Shown here in pieces: positions 23,783 to 37,223 of a stretch of DNA of 64,000 bases; the first letter of the stretch is position 1, and each line of letters starts with the position of its first letter. Made by a program: the position numbers and the translations under genes. Below the pieces are notes generated by a model that saw only the letters and a program-made list of their open reading frames with translations, was not told the origin of the DNA and searched no databases. This DNA is from Carcharhinus longimanus (Eukaryota), in assembly GCA_030264375.1 (NCBI GenBank), contig JASCQW010000061.1, forward strand, positions 71,882,224 to 71,946,223, written 5' to 3'.

Positions 23783-25600
23783 GAACATAATAGGACAGAA
23801 GGAGGCCATTTGGTCTCTCTCATCCCTGCTAGTCCTCTGCAGAAGCAATTCTCCTAGTGCTCCCCCTCGCCTTTTCCACATAGTTCTGCATATTTTTCCT
23901 TTTCAGATAATGATCCCATTTCCTTCTTAACGCCCAGATTGAATCTGGGCCTCCAGCACACTTCCAGGCAATGCATTATAGATCGTTACACTCACTGAGT
24001 CAAAAGCTTGTGGCATTGCTTCTTTTATTTATTATTTCTGTCCTCTGATTCGCCACCCTTGTATCAGTGTGAATAGTTTCTCACTTTTTAATCTGTTCCT
24101 TTGAATATCTCTATCAAATTTCCTCACAACTTCTTCTCCATGGAAACAGCCTGTTTCTACAATCTAGCTACATAACTTAAGTTCTTCATCCCTGGAACCA
24201 TTTTCATGAATCTTTTCTGTACCTTTCCTAATGCTTCACACCCTTTCTTGGTTTCATGCCCAGAACTGGATGCAAAATTTCAGCTGATGCTGAGTCAATG
24301 TTTTATACAGATTTAACATAACTTCCTGGCTTTTCTGCTCTATACCTCCTTTTATAAGTAGATTACAGAACAACAAATAGGGAACAGGGTACCAAATACT
24401 TTATTAACTGCTTTCTCAACATGTCCTGCCATCTTGGATGATTTGTGCACATATACAGTCCAACCAGGTCCCTCTATTCCTTCATCCCCTTTAGAATTAT
24501 ATAATTTATTTTATCTTCTTTCCAAAATGAATCATTTCATTCTTTTCAACATTAAATTTCATCTACCACTTGACCGCCCAATTCAGCAGTGTGTCTGTCT
24601 TTTTGAAGTTCTACAACATTCTCCTCAAACTCACAACATTTTTAAGTTTTGAGTCGTACATTAATCTTGCAATTATGCAACATACACCAAGGTTTAGGCT
24701 ATTAATGTACAACCGGAAGACCAGAAGTCTAACACTCAATCTTACTATAACTTTCTAGTTTGGAACACAGCCACTCATTGCCACTCTCTATTTCCTGCTG
24801 CTCATCCAATATTGTATATATATTGGTATTGTCTCTTCATTCCATGAGCTTTAACTATGCTCACAGGTCTTTTGTATGGCACTGTATCAATTGCTTTTTG
24901 GAAGTTTATGTACACCACATCAACTGTATTATCTTCATGAATCCCATGTTATCTCTTTAAAAGATTCAAGCAACTTAGTTAAACACAATTTGTTCTTAAC
25001 CCATGTTGGGGCAACTTGCATTGCCCATGTGACTTTTAATTTTGTCCTGAGTTATTGTTTCCAAAGGTTTCCCTACCACTCGGGTTAAATTTGACTGAGC
25101 TGTAGTTGCTGAGCTCATCTTTACGGATGGGATTTTCCAGTCTCACTCGTCCCAAAACTGCAAAATCCTGTTCGAGGTCAATGGAACTTCCCATGCTTCG
25201 CCCCTTGCCCACTCTGATTCCCCTGGCAAGCGGGACGATAAAATTCTGGCCAACATCTTTTTTTGNNNNNNNNNNNNNNNNNNNNNNNNNNNNNNNNNNN
25301 NNNNNNNNNNNNNNNNNNNNNNNNNNNNNNNNNNNNNNNNNNNNNNNNNNNNNNNNNNNNNNNNNGATAAAATTCTGGCCAACATCTTTTTTTGAACAAG
25401 GGTGTAACATTTGCAATTCTTCAATCCTCTGGCACCATCCCGAGTCTAAGGAAGATTGAAAAATTATGTATGACCAGTACCTCTGCAATTTCCACTCACT
25501 CCCCTCAGTATCTTTGGATGCATCTTATCTAGTCTTGGAGTCTTATCAACCTATTCAATGGCAGACAGCCTATTCAATGCCTCTTCCTTATGTTACCATC
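23783..25600 (-). mobile_element. CR1 LINE with nested MITE; further CR1 remnant at ~26990-27170
   Basis: Tail gaacataataggacagaaggaggccatt and ORF2 pieces (IIFQSSLDSG.., tgtaacatttgcaattct). Confidence 0.82.
25125..25251. mobile_element. Harbinger-like MITE (~127 bp)
   Basis: GGATGGGATTTTCCAG ... GATAAAATTCTGGCC, inserted in CR1. Confidence 0.8.
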
Positions 25601-25661
25601 GCAGTTGATGTTATAACTGGATGGGAAGATCCCAGAATGGAACTTTGGCTCAAAAGACTGT

Positions 25662-25853
25662 GGGCAGGATTCTCCAGCCCTGCAACTACTTGTTTCTTGG
25701 TGGCAGGAGGTGGCGTGCCGATTGCTGGTGGTGGGATTCTCTGCTTCTGCTGTTGTCAGTGAAATTTCCCATTGAAGTAACCCCACACCACCAAGAAACT
25801 TGCTGGCGGGAACACAGAATCCCACTGACAGGAACGGCTGGAGAATTCCAGCC
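25662..25853. mobile_element. Harbinger-like MITE (~192 bp) with TGT TSD
   Basis: tgt|GGGCAGGATTCTCCAGCC ... GGCTGGAGAATTCCAGCC|tgt. Related copy at 31521-31674. Confidence 0.85.
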
Positions 25854-25871
25854 TGTAACTTTTTTTTCTTT

Positions 25872-26980
25872 TGTAACAGATGGAGGGGTCATAGGACTGC
25901 TTATTAGGTGTAACAACAAGAAAAAAGACATATATTAAACATGAAGAAATGGGATTATCATATAAAATACCTTTGCTCCCCCTTTAGTTTAACAATTACA
26001 CGTAAATTTTAAGATTAACACAGATTACAAAGTACATTGTATGCTACAACGATCTCAATAACACACAAAGTCCCTCTTAAGCATACAAGATGACTGTGAT
26101 AAGACATATTCCTCTCTGAACCCAAGTGAATTTCTGTGCATTTCTCCTCAGAATCCCCCCAGACTATTCTTATACCTTTAGCCACCTTCTCTCTCTGAAC
26201 TCCGGCTTCCACAAGAGTGATTTCAAATTCTTCTTTCAAAAGTTACAATTTCAAATCTTCTTTTAAATTATGCTTTCTCTCTGCTGTTTCCATCAAGGTT
26301 TCACTTTTGGGTTTTACACGTCTCTCTTCAGGTTTCCTTTTTCTTAAAGGCTTTTACACAAACTCTGGGATCTAGCCACTGATTTCCAATTATTTCAAAT
26401 AGCAAACTGTAATAACTTCTCACAAACCTTAGAACTACTGTGGATAGCTTTCTGGCCTCTCACAATTCAGTGTCTTTTCAATTCTCTGTGACTTTACTGA
26501 ACAGTAATCTGTTCTGGTTCCATTTTCACTGTTCCGTTAACTCCAGACTTCTCTTCATTTGTCCAGTTTCCCTAGATTTCTGGAATCTATTTCTTAACCG
26601 TTAATCCACTCTGCAGCTTTTCTTCTAGCAAGGCTAAAAGAGATGTTCCTCTTTAACCTTCAAAACTAACTGCTTCTACCAGAGCTGAGAGTGTTGCCTT
26701 CCCACTCACTAATTGTCTCCAACTGCAACTAAATTAGCTGCACTTAAATTTCAAAGCATCATTACTCTACAAGGCCTGAGTTGCTAAGCAACCACTACTG
26801 GTTTATTACTCTTCATGCCATAGTCCTCTCTAAGCCCAACAGGATAACAGTCAGAATCGAAACTAACCCCACACATACAAACACCATTGTCCAGCATAAA
26901 TATAACTATAGGTTTTACTCTTCTGGGCAACACAATACAAATACCAATTTACCAATACAAATATAAGTCTCTAAAAACTA
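25872..26980 (-). mobile_element. Probable solo LTR (Gypsy-like)
   Basis: Starts TGTAACA, non-coding, with strong compositional skew typical of LTRs, and interrupts a CR1. The other terminus and TSD are not clear. Confidence 0.45.
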
Positions 26981-27176
26981 TCTTTTTTCCCCTTTGTGCA
27001 TTATGTGCCCAAACCATTTCTTCTTTAAAGGCAACCCAATGTTCATTTACAGTTTTGTTTGCTGATCTCTGATTCCAATTTATTTTGGGCCAGATCCATT
27101 CTTACCCTATTGCAGTTGGCATTCCTCAATTAATTATTCTTACTGTGGATTTTCCTCCTTTTTAATCACCAATCTA

Positions 27177-27592
27177 CATAAGAACGTACGAAGTAGGAGC
27201 AGGAGTAGGCCATCTAACCCTTCGAGCCTGCCCCGCCATTCAATAAGATCATGGCTGATCTGAAGTNNNNNNNNNNNNNNNNNNNNNNNNNNNNNNNNNN
27301 NNNNNNNNNNNNNNNNNNNNNNNNNNNNNNNNNNNNNNNNNNNNNNNNNNNNNNNNNNNNNNNNNNTTAGGGGTAAGTTTTTCACTCAGAGGGTGGTGAG
27401 TGAATGGAATCGGCTGCCGTCGGTGGTGGTGGAGGTGAACTCGTTGGGGTCTTTTAAAAGACTTCTGGATGAGTATATGGGATCTAATGGGATTGGGAGT
27501 TACAGATAGTTCTATGGATTGGTAGGTATGGGTGTGATCGGCGCAACTTGTGGGCCGAAGGGCCTGTTTGTGCTGTAGTGTTCTATGTTTAT
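27177..27592. mobile_element. Two CR1 3' ends pointing outward, separated by an N gap
   Basis: Minus-strand tail 27177-27266 and plus-strand 3' ORF2/tail 27367-27592. Confidence 0.8.
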
Positions 27593-28609
27593 ATCAAAAT
27601 TTGTATCTCTTTATTGCATTTTGGGCGTTTTGAGTCAGGGGCAATATTTGAGGCACACGTTAGAGATTATTGCAGGATGTTTAATTGTGAGTTCTTCTCT
27701 TCAAATCATTTGGTTCACTGCACTGCTTATGTTGCAGTTGTTGGACAGCCTCTGACTTTTAAGGTGATCTTTATTTAACCGAATGTTGCAGAATATTAAG
27801 TAAATAATAAATTATACAGAGTATGCCTCAAAGTAGCCAATTATGACCTCATTCAGAAGTGTAAATTCCCTGCAAATGAATGAGTACATTAGTTATAATC
27901 ATTGCATTTGATGTTTGTAATATTTGGAAGGAAGCCTCCATTTATTGATTGGTGGCCTTCTGGTTGTGTTTCTCTTCTTCCTGAATGGTCAGACATTCAC
28001 ACTGGGTGAAATATGCACTGCAGCAATATGAAAATGCTGAAGTATTCTCTTTTTTTTGTCAGTATGCTCTTGAGTAGGATTGCATTTACGTTTAGAAGGG
28101 AGTTACAATATAGGAGGGGCCTACAGAATCATTTCCATGATGCAATCACCAGCCAGTCACAAGGTGGAAACAATGTCACATGCTTCTAAAATCTCTCCAC
28201 TTGCGTCAAACTGGGAACAGTCAGATTGCCATCTAAGTTCCTTGTTTGTCAGATGTATTAATTATCGTCAGAGGTCTTGACATCTAATTGTGCCCTGCAC
28301 AGTTGTTAGATTTATTGTATTCGGGTTGAATGTTTTAAAGATATCTTATTTCACTTACTTTTATCCCAAGTCTATCTAAATGAAATGTTTATAAATTGGC
28401 TTTGTCTGCAGGGGTCTGGAAGGTGGAGAGAAATCTCAATTTACATTGTCAATTTGGGTAACTTCTGTCCTTGACTTAGTCCCATGTTACTTCTGCTATA
28501 GGCTGTGTATTTTTTTGAGAGTGAAGTTTGGAAACACTGATGACAAGCATCTGTGGGGCATTTGAGTAGAAATCCACAGGCGATTGATTGAGTGGTATCT
28601 GCCACTGGG

Positions 28610-30410
28610 TTTCACATTTATGTTGCAATTGTATAAGGTGCTGATGAGGCCACACCTGTACTATTTGAGACAGGATGTACTGGCAACGGAGGGAGTGCAG
28701 AGGAGATTTGCTAGGTTGTTTCCGGAGTTGACTTATAAAGAGAGACTGAGTAGATTGGGACTATCATTTTAGTATCATACTGTCATTTTTAGATTTTTGA
28801 AACAAATTTATTTACAGAGTGGTGGGTGCCTGGAACTCACTGCCGGGGGAGGTAGTGGAAGCAGATACGGTAGCCACTTTTAAGGGGTGTCTGGACAAAT
28901 ACATAAATAGGATGAGAATAGAGGAGTATGGTGCCTGGAAGAGTAGGAGGTTTTTAGTTCAGTTCAGCAGCATGGTGGGTACAGGCTTGGAGGGCCGAAG
29001 GGCCTGTTCTTGTGCTGTAATTTTCTGTGTTCTTATACTCATTAGAATTCAGAATAATGAAGGGAGATCTTATAGAAACATGTAAAATTATGAAGGGAAT
29101 AGAGAAGATAGAAACAGGGTGAAACTAGAACTAGTGGGCATAGCCTCAAAATAAGGGGAGCAGATTTAAGACTGAGTTGGAGAGGAACTTCTTCACCCAA
29201 ATGGTTGTGAATCTGTGGAATTCCCTGCCCAGTGAAGCAGTTCAGGCTACTTCATTGAATGTTTTTAAGACAATGATAAATTTTTAAATTGTAAGTGAGT
29301 GGCAAGTAAGTGGAGCTCTGCCCATGAAAAGATCAGCCATGATCTTATTGAATGGCGGAGCAGGCTCGAGGGAAGAATCTTTCTACCTCTACCCTGTCCA
29401 TCCCCTTCATTATCTTGTACGTCTCTATAAGATCCCCCCTCATCCTTCTAAACTCCAACGAGTACAGACCCAGTCTATTTAGTCTCTCTTCATAGTCCAA
29501 TCTAAACCTTATTACACAATGAACACTGTCCTCTAAAAGTTTTATTGACATTTGGTCCTCTTGACCCACCTCACTTCCAAAAACCTGGCCCAGCAACACC
29601 TTTTGCAGTGGACTGGAAACATATTGCTGTTCAAATTTTTCTCAATACACTCTAGGAACTCTTACCTCTCTATGTCCTTTACACTGCTATCATCATTACC
29701 ATCTATGTTCAGATATTTAAAATCTCCCATTATAACTATAAAATTATTGCATTTATCTGTATTTTCCTTGCAAGTTCATTCCTCATATCTTTCCCTCTAG
29801 TTGGTGGCCTATAGACCACCAAGCAATGTAATTGCACCAATTTTGTCATTTGCTGTAACCAAATAGATTCTATCCCTGACCCCCGCCCCACCCACCGCCC
29901 CCCCAACATTCTAGGCTGCAATGTTTTCCTTCATGAATATTGCCAACCTTTCACCCTCCCTGTCTTTCCTGAACACCTTGTATTCAAGAATATTTAATAC
30001 TCAGTCCTGCCCTTTTGTGTGTCATGTCTCCACTGTCACCACATCATACTTCCAGGTAGCTACACCTACAACTCACCAATCTTATTCAACACTGCAACTT
30101 CACAATAACCCTAATTTAGACTTTATAACTTTACCTTTTATGATTACCCACCTAATACTTTACTATTTCTCAGTCTACTATTATCTGCTTCTCCCAATAT
30201 TCTGTGCACTTTGATGTTCTTTTCTAGCATTATCATGAGGTTCCCAGACCCTTGCCAAGTTAGTTTAAAGCACCTAATAGCAATAGCAAATTGCTGCACA
30301 AGGAAATTGGTTTTGACTCTGTTTAGGAACAACACGTCCAACTTGTCAAGATTCTATCTCCCCAGAACTGGTCCCAATGTCCCAGATTTCTAAATTCTTC
30401 CCTCCATCTT
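28610..30410. mobile_element. Cluster of nested CR1 fragments (+ 28610-29370 with a younger tail 28810-29035; - 29370-29500; - endonuclease region 29520-30410)
   Basis: LQLYKVLMRPHL, VQRRFARL, YEERLNRLGLYSLEFRRMRGDLIETYKIMKG, VVYRPPT motifs. Confidence 0.85.
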
Positions 30411-30687
30411 TCCAGGCTTATATTCATCCGTTTCGTTTTTAATACTGCAATGCAATATAAAACAGGCTTGTGTAGGGGTGTGATTAATTTGATTGAGCTG
30501 AAAACAATTAGACTGCAAGGTTGAAAACATCGAAAAGGAGTTAGGTGTGAAAGCAAGTGTTTTTGAAGTGAAAATTGAGCTGGGCTAAGATGGGAACAGT
30601 GAGCAGCATGAATGGAAATTTGCATTAGGAAGATAAGGGAACTACAATGAAGTTAACTATTGTATTTCAAAAGAAGCATCTATGATT

Positions 30688-31002
30688 GGGCAGCATGGTG
30701 GCACAGTGGTTAGCACTGCTGCCACATGGCGCCAGGGTCCCATGTTCAATTCCCAGCTTGAGTCACTGTGTGGAGTTTGCACATTCTTTCTGTGTTTGTG
30801 TGGGTTTCCTCCAGATGCTCCGGTTTCCTCCCACAATCCAAAGATGTGAGGGTTAGGTTGATTGGCCATGCTAAATTAACCCTAGTTTCGGAGGGGATTA
30901 ACAGGGTAAATATGTGGGATTACAGGGATGGGGTGGGATTGTTATTGGTCCAGACTCAATGGGGCGAATGGTCTCCTTTTGTACTGTAAGGATTCTATGA
31001 TT
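30688..31002 (+). mobile_element. HE1-like V-SINE, type A tail
   Basis: gggcagcatggtggcacagtggttagcactgc ... gaatggtctccttttgtactgtaaggattctatgat. Confidence 0.9.
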
Positions 31003-31043
31003 GGAAGAGATTGCAAATGGAATAAAGCTAAGTATTAAGTTTA

Positions 31044-31915
31044 TGTTCACCCAAAAGTACCAGGCATAAAACATAATGGAAAACCTGTGACTTGTGAAAA
31101 AACAAACTTCTAAAGGAAGGCCAAATAATGGAGTTAAAGATGAAGACGAAAAACGTATTTAAGGGAGATGGAGGACTGGATCAGCAGATGTGGTTATGAG
31201 ATCCAAAAGCAGTGTGTGTTGGAAACAGACCTGTGAATAAGCAGCTGGCAGCACACACAGAGAAAACCGTTTGTTCTGTAAAATCTTGAGATATATTTTG
31301 ACTTCTCTGTTTTGGAGGAGAGAAAGAGGAAAGTCTGTGTAAAATTTTTTGCTATAGCAACAGCGTATTTTGTTGTTATATTCCTGGGAATTTTATAGAT
31401 TGAAATCAATGAGGACTGCTGCCTAAAAGCGATGTAGTTCTGAATTAATTAAATGGGAACTTTTTTTTGAAATGGTTGGGGGGATACAGTTAGCTGTGTA
31501 AATGTAATCTGGTTTCTTTAGGTGAGATTTTCTGTGCACCCTGCTGTGTGTTTCATGGCGACAGAGGTGGCCAGACCATTGTTTGGTAGTGGGATCTTTT
31601 GATCCTACCGTTGTAAACAGGAAACCCACAGTGGGAGTGCACTGCTGGTGTGAATGGCTGGAAAGCTCCGGCCCAAAGATTTCATTTTTTGCTTTTTTTA
31701 AATACATATTTAAATTTAGTTTTTAAAATCTTCACAAGTGGTTTGAAATATTTCCTCTGGAGTTCAAATACCTTCTCATAAAATACAAATTGCAAAAATT
31801 GTTGTGATAGCTTGTTCAGGTTTCCCTTTGGGATTTGAGCAGCCTGGCACTTACCACCTGCCATATCATAAATGCATATGACGTTAAGTCTAAAATTATT
31901 TTTCTGGGGTTAACA
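31044..31915 (+). mobile_element. LTR-like segment with nested MITE (31521-31674)
   Basis: TG...TAACA limits, TATA-like gtatttaagg, non-coding. MITE tta|GGTGAGATTTTC...GGAAAGCTCCGGCCC. Confidence 0.4.
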
Positions 31916-31989
31916 TGTGCAGGAGTGCTCCTCTGATCTTCACAAGAATAATATCGGCTGTCACTAATGTATCAGGCTTCTCCACTCCA

Positions 31990-32063
31990 GGGTGATGCGG
32001 CGGCGCGGGCTTGTTGGGCCGAAGGGCCTGTTTCCCGTGCTGGGTTGTTCTTTGTTCTTTGTT
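31990..32063 (+). mobile_element. Very short CR1 3' tail
   Basis: ggcgcgggcttgttgggccgaagggcctgtttcccgtgctg..ttctttgttctttgtt. Confidence 0.75.
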
Positions 32064-33879
32064 CCACTCCAAGATTGTCTTCCACCTTTCTGCCAAACAC
32101 TATGTGCCTGACCTAGAACTGCTTAACGGCAGCAAGCAGCAGTGACTAACCATTCGGCGCATGCAGCAAATGGTTAACGAGGTCATGGCCTCCCACAGGG
32201 CAAATTGGGCAGTGGTTAGGGACACTCTGGAGGCCAGCCGTAGGAAAACTAAAATCTACCAGAAATTGGGATAATCATTTGCCATCCGTAACAGTTCAGG
32301 TTACTTTTTAATTCAGATATCTAGGCATTGACTTAAAGCACTGTAAAGTATTTAAATAGTAATGTGGCTTATTTGAAGCACATTATACAATCCTGGAATT
32401 TTTAAAAACTGAAACTGGACTTTCCCCCATTTCATTAAGCTCAAGATAAATAGAGCCATTCTAAAGCCCCACCAATGCATTCCTGGAACTCAAACTGACT
32501 CATTGCTGCCAACCTCGATTAACTTATATAATTCCTGCAACCTGGTGAGACATGTTGATTGGAACAATGAATAGACTTTTATCATTGCTGACGCCCAAAC
32601 TAGACAGTGAGGTGGTTTCCTCAGCTATCACTCTGATATCTGCCAATAACAAGTACCAGTAACACACAGGAAATACTTGAATTAATAATAAACTGGGAAT
32701 GGTTGGTGAGTTATTCTTTTTTAAATTGCGAGGAAAACTGAAATCCTATGCTGCTATCATCAGCAGGAAACGCGGCAGGCACATATAATTGTGAGGGAGG
32801 TGAAATGTCAGCTCTTGGACAGCTGGATGTAAGTAGGGAATTAAGATTGCAGCAGATTGAAGGCAGATCCAGCTTCCGAATGGTAAGTGGCGGGAACCTA
32901 TTTCTAAATGCATTATTAGTATGTCGTACATTCTCATTAAAGTACCATTTTGCCTATTAACGGCTACATCAGCAATTAATTCTACAGTGAATAAGAAAGA
33001 CATGCCTTTAGATTCCTGACTGGTTAAAGATGGTGTGCAGCAAGTGAGGTAATCTTCCTGATAGACTTGGACCAAGTTTATTGGAGTTGCTTTTCTTTCA
33101 TTGTGAGTTTTGTTGGGACCACGGGGGAGGAGGCATTAATGAACTGAGGTTGGGTGGATGGCAGTGCAAGGGGATTAGGACATGGCTGTCTAAGGGAGGA
33201 AGCTGGTTCACACAGGAAAGGTCAAGGACAGATTAATGATAATGGAGACAGCTCTAGGGTGAATGGGAGCATGGGTGTGTTGATAGATTGAGAGTCAATA
33301 AAGGCAAGTTAAGGGCAATGGAGTGAGGGTTGAAGCTGATGGAAGAAAAGTCAAAGGTGATTGAGGGAGGGTACAGGGTGATGGCTTCAAGCTGCAGGGT
33401 CATTGGTGTAACAGAATGAAGAGATCTTAGGAGTAACGCTCAAGGATCGAGATGTTCATGGTGCTGGAGACCAGGGTGTGACTGGTGCAAAATATAAGGC
33501 TTCCCATTGGTCAAAACTTTTCAGGTCAGGAGGAAGGGCCATAACGCTCCAGATCTATTCCTGCCTTGTATCCTCACTTCACCTCACACAGAGATGATGA
33601 GTCAAGTGCACCCAAGCATCTTCTAGCTCTGGTACATCTAGAGAAGAATCAGCAGAGGGTGATCCAGGGCCTGGTGCCAAACAACCGATAGAATGCCAAC
33701 AAGGTGGATATCAGGCAGTGCAGGATGATGGCAACTAGGGACCAGTGAGACACCAAGCATTTGTGCATAATCCTATACACTGCATGTGACCAATTAGCTA
33801 GGAACATCAGAGAGGCAATAACGGAGATGGCTGAGGATGGCTCTTCATGTCAATAGCTTCAGGATGATCTAATTTCCCA

Positions 33880-34168
33880 CGGACAGAGTGAAGGCACAGT
33901 GGTTAGCACTGCTGCTTCACAGCACCAGGGACCTGGGTTCGATTCTTGGCTTGGGTCACTGTTTGTGTGGAGTTTGCATGTTTCCCTCGAGTCTGCGTAG
34001 GTTTCCTCCGAGTGCTCCGGTTTTCTCCCACAGTCTGAAAGACATGCTGGTTAGGGTGCAATGACCCAAACAAGTGCTGGAGTGTGGCGACTAGGGGAAT
34101 TTCACAGTAACTTAATTGCAGTGTTAATGTAAGGCTTACTTCTGACTAATAAATAAACTTTAACTTTA
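33880..34168 (+). mobile_element. V-SINE with type B tail
   Basis: Same head, body and tail as 78-366 and 62690-62965. Confidence 0.88.
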
Positions 34169-34178
34169 GAAAATCCAA

Positions 34179-35060
34179 TGTCAGTAGNNNNNNNNNNNNN
34201 NNNNNNNNNNNNNNNNNNNNNNNNNNNNNNNNNNNNNNNNNNNNNNNNNNNNNNNNNNNNNNNNNNNNNNNNNNNNNNNNNNNNNNNNNNNNNNNNNNNN
34301 NNNNNNNNNNNNNNNNNNNNNNNNNNNNNNNNNNNNNNNNNNNNNNNNNNNNNNNNNNNNNNNNNNNNNNNNNNNNNNNNNNNNNNNNNNNNNNNNNNNN
34401 NNNNNNNNNNNNNNNNNNNNNNNNNNNNNNNNNNNNNNNNNNNNNNNNNNNNNNNNNNNNNNNNNNNNNNNNNNNNNNNNNNNNNNNNNNNNNNNNNNNN
34501 NNNNNNNNNNNNNNNNNNNNNNNNNNNNNNNNNNNNNNNNNNNNNNNNNNNNNNNNNNNNNNNNNNNNNNNNNNNNNNNNNNNNNNNNNNNNNNNNNNNN
34601 NNNNNNNNNNNNNNNNNNNNNNNNNNNNNNNNNNNNNNNNNNNNNNNNNNNNNNNNNNNNNNNNNNNNNNNNNNNNNNNNNNNNNNNNNNNNNNNNNNNN
34701 NNNNNNNNNNNNNNNNNNNNNNNNNNNNNNNNNNNNNNNNNNNNNNNNNNNNNNNNNNNNNNNNNNNNNNNNNNNNNNNNNNAGAGCCAGAGTGCCACAC
34801 CAGACCAAAGGACCAGACTACGCAGACAACTACCAAGACCAGTGCAGAGATAAAGGCCAATATCTGTTTGGGTACTTGTCAGTCACACAAAGTTAAGTCA
34901 AGGTATTGTATTGTACTTGAATTCTAGTATTTTCTGTAAGATAACTTATTGTTGATCGGGTGGGTGATTATTGATTGTGCGGGTTTAAATAAATATTGTT
35001 TGTACTAATAAGATGTCCACTTGTAGTTATTTGTCCACCGTATAAGGGTTAAAACAGACT
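34179..35060 (+). mobile_element. Probable solo LTR, mostly hidden in an N gap
   Basis: TGTCAG before the gap. After it, AATAAA (34988) and a T/G-rich U5-like stretch ending near AAAACA. Confidence 0.4.
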
Positions 35061-35279
35061 GATTTTACAACAATGCCATACTGGAATTGCCAGTAGATCT
35101 GGCTCACTTCTTCCCGAAAAACCTACATTTCTGTTACCTCTGGAATCTGGAAGGAAAAATGCTGCAGGCCTTTGGCATAAGCAAGCCAAATTGCACAGTT
35201 CTGTCAAAGCCACACACTTGTGATTTGGATGGAAGCTGCACACGACTCCGGGCTGATTCTGGGGATGGCGGGACTGACG

Positions 35280-35696
35280 TATGAGAGATTAACTAGGTTA
35301 CGATTGTTTTTGCTGGAGTTCAGATGAATGAGGGGGGATCTCATAGAGACTTATAAAATTCTAACAGGGCCATCAGGGTGGATGCAGGGAGGATGTTCCT
35401 GATAGTGGGTGTGTTCAGAACCGGGGTCACAGTCTGAGGATTCAGGGTAGACTATTTCGGACAGAGGTGAGGAGACATTTCTTCACCCAAAGAGCAGTGA
35501 ACCTGTGGAATTCATTACCACAGGAAGTATTTGAGGCCAAAACATTGATATAGCACTTGGTAAATGAGATTAAAGATTGTGGGGAAAAAGCAAGATTGGG
35601 CTATTGAGTTGGATGATCAGCCATGATTGTGATGAATGGCGCAGCAAGCTCGTAGGGCCAAATGGCCTCCTCCTGCTCCTACCTTCTGTGTTTCTA
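35280..35696 (+). mobile_element. CR1 3' fragment
   Basis: gggggatctcatagagacttataaaatt...ttcttcacccaaagag...aatggcctcctcctgctcct tail. Confidence 0.88.
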
Positions 35697-35819
35697 TCAC
35701 TCAGTGACACATGATTCAAATGCTGGCAATGCCTTGCTAAGAACTCTGTGTTCACCTGTGACATCTGGAATGTTTCAGCTTTAGATTCTGTTATCACACA
35801 ACAGAAGCTGTTGTCCTAA

Positions 35820-37223
35820 GTAAGTGAGCGCCACACGCTGACTCGCCAGCCAGGTTCCAAATATCTGACTGCCTACAACAGAAACCTGCTCATATCAAGA
35901 GACTCAGATATGCCACTACTTCCAAGGTGGCAAAATAAATGATTTCCACAGACTCATATCACTCATCATTCAGAACAAAGAGCACCTTAAATGCACCAGT
36001 TTGTACAACTCTCAACATAATGACCATTCAGTACACCAAACAAAATGATCCAAATCATATACTTACATGACTGATAATATCCACAGAATGAATGGACGCC
36101 CATACCACCTTTGTGCCATTAGAATTTTCTCAGTTGACATTTCCCATCCCAGTGCCTTTGTGCAGCCCTAACATCTGCAGCTGAGATGAGCCTGCTGTGT
36201 CTATTGCCTAACATGGCCCTGGCTGCTGCCCTCTGGTGGCCTAGAGCCAGATGGCTCAGGCTGTTGAGGGTCTGCTGCACAGGTAGAATTACACTCTATT
36301 TGGCCTCACTTGCTCTAGGCTATAGGAACACTGGCAGAGGAAGGAGAGTTGATAGCACACCCTTGGAGTGTCCTGAGATGATGCCCTTCTTGCTGACGCT
36401 CCTTGGTGCAGGGTGGCATCACCCTGACTCCAGGAGGAAAAGTGGCACCTGGTAGGAGACTGTGGTACCTTGTCCTTCTCTCACCTGTATAAAGGTCTTC
36501 GGCAGAATGATGGAATGCAGGTGCTAGCACATATCTGGCAGCCACTGAGCTTTCTTCTGGACCTTGCTCTCTGGACTTTAACCTTGAGGTTGCCAATCAG
36601 GACTTGGTTATACTCTTTCACCTTGAGCTCAAAGCTGTGCATGACCTCTGGCATGTCCGTCAGATGTTCCCCTGTCTGTCTCTACGTTTCCATTAGGTTT
36701 CATTCAGCCATTTCCAGAGGCAAATAATCTGTTTGATGCTTAGCAACAGTTCCCCAACTGTCGGGGACCTCGGCTAACACATTCTTCATCAGCTACGGGG
36801 GAACATGTCTGTGATGTGATGGTGACGCTGTACCTAATGGAGTAATGCCCTGGTGGAGGGTGTGAGGGAATGATGGTGATGGTACATCCTCTGTCTGGTC
36901 CATTTCATCACCCTTAGAAATGAAGGTTGGGCTTGTTCCGGCTGCTTTCACTGTCTGTTGTGACTGTAAGTACCTAAAGTGGAGAACACAAGGAAACAGC
37001 TGACGGTTATGCACCTTCCCTTTCTCCATCAATGTATCGTGTCTGTATCCTGTGTACACAATTTTGAGCATCAAGCTAGAGGCAATCTCACTCTGATCCC
37101 TAACATTCAGCCTCTGTCAACACATCTGAAGCCTCCTCTTCTGTGGGGCTCAGGGTGCTGATTTCTGGGACACTTCCCACACTCTTTGTCTACTCCTTGG
37201 TGTTATGCATTTTTTTTTTATCC
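35820..37223 (-). pseudogene. Harbinger Myb/SANT-like gene remnant, downstream exons
   Basis: Acceptor ccttctttctgcctgcag then DKKKMHNTKE*TKSVGSVPEISTLSPTEEEA (the post-Myb K.AHN.RE..RTGGG.P.I..L.P.EE.AL pattern). Later helix similar to ~19000-19260. Confidence 0.6.

Noticed and set aside
30688-30770. tRNA genes at SINE heads
   Set aside because: The A/B boxes run directly into the V-SINE body and no full cloverleaf is present.
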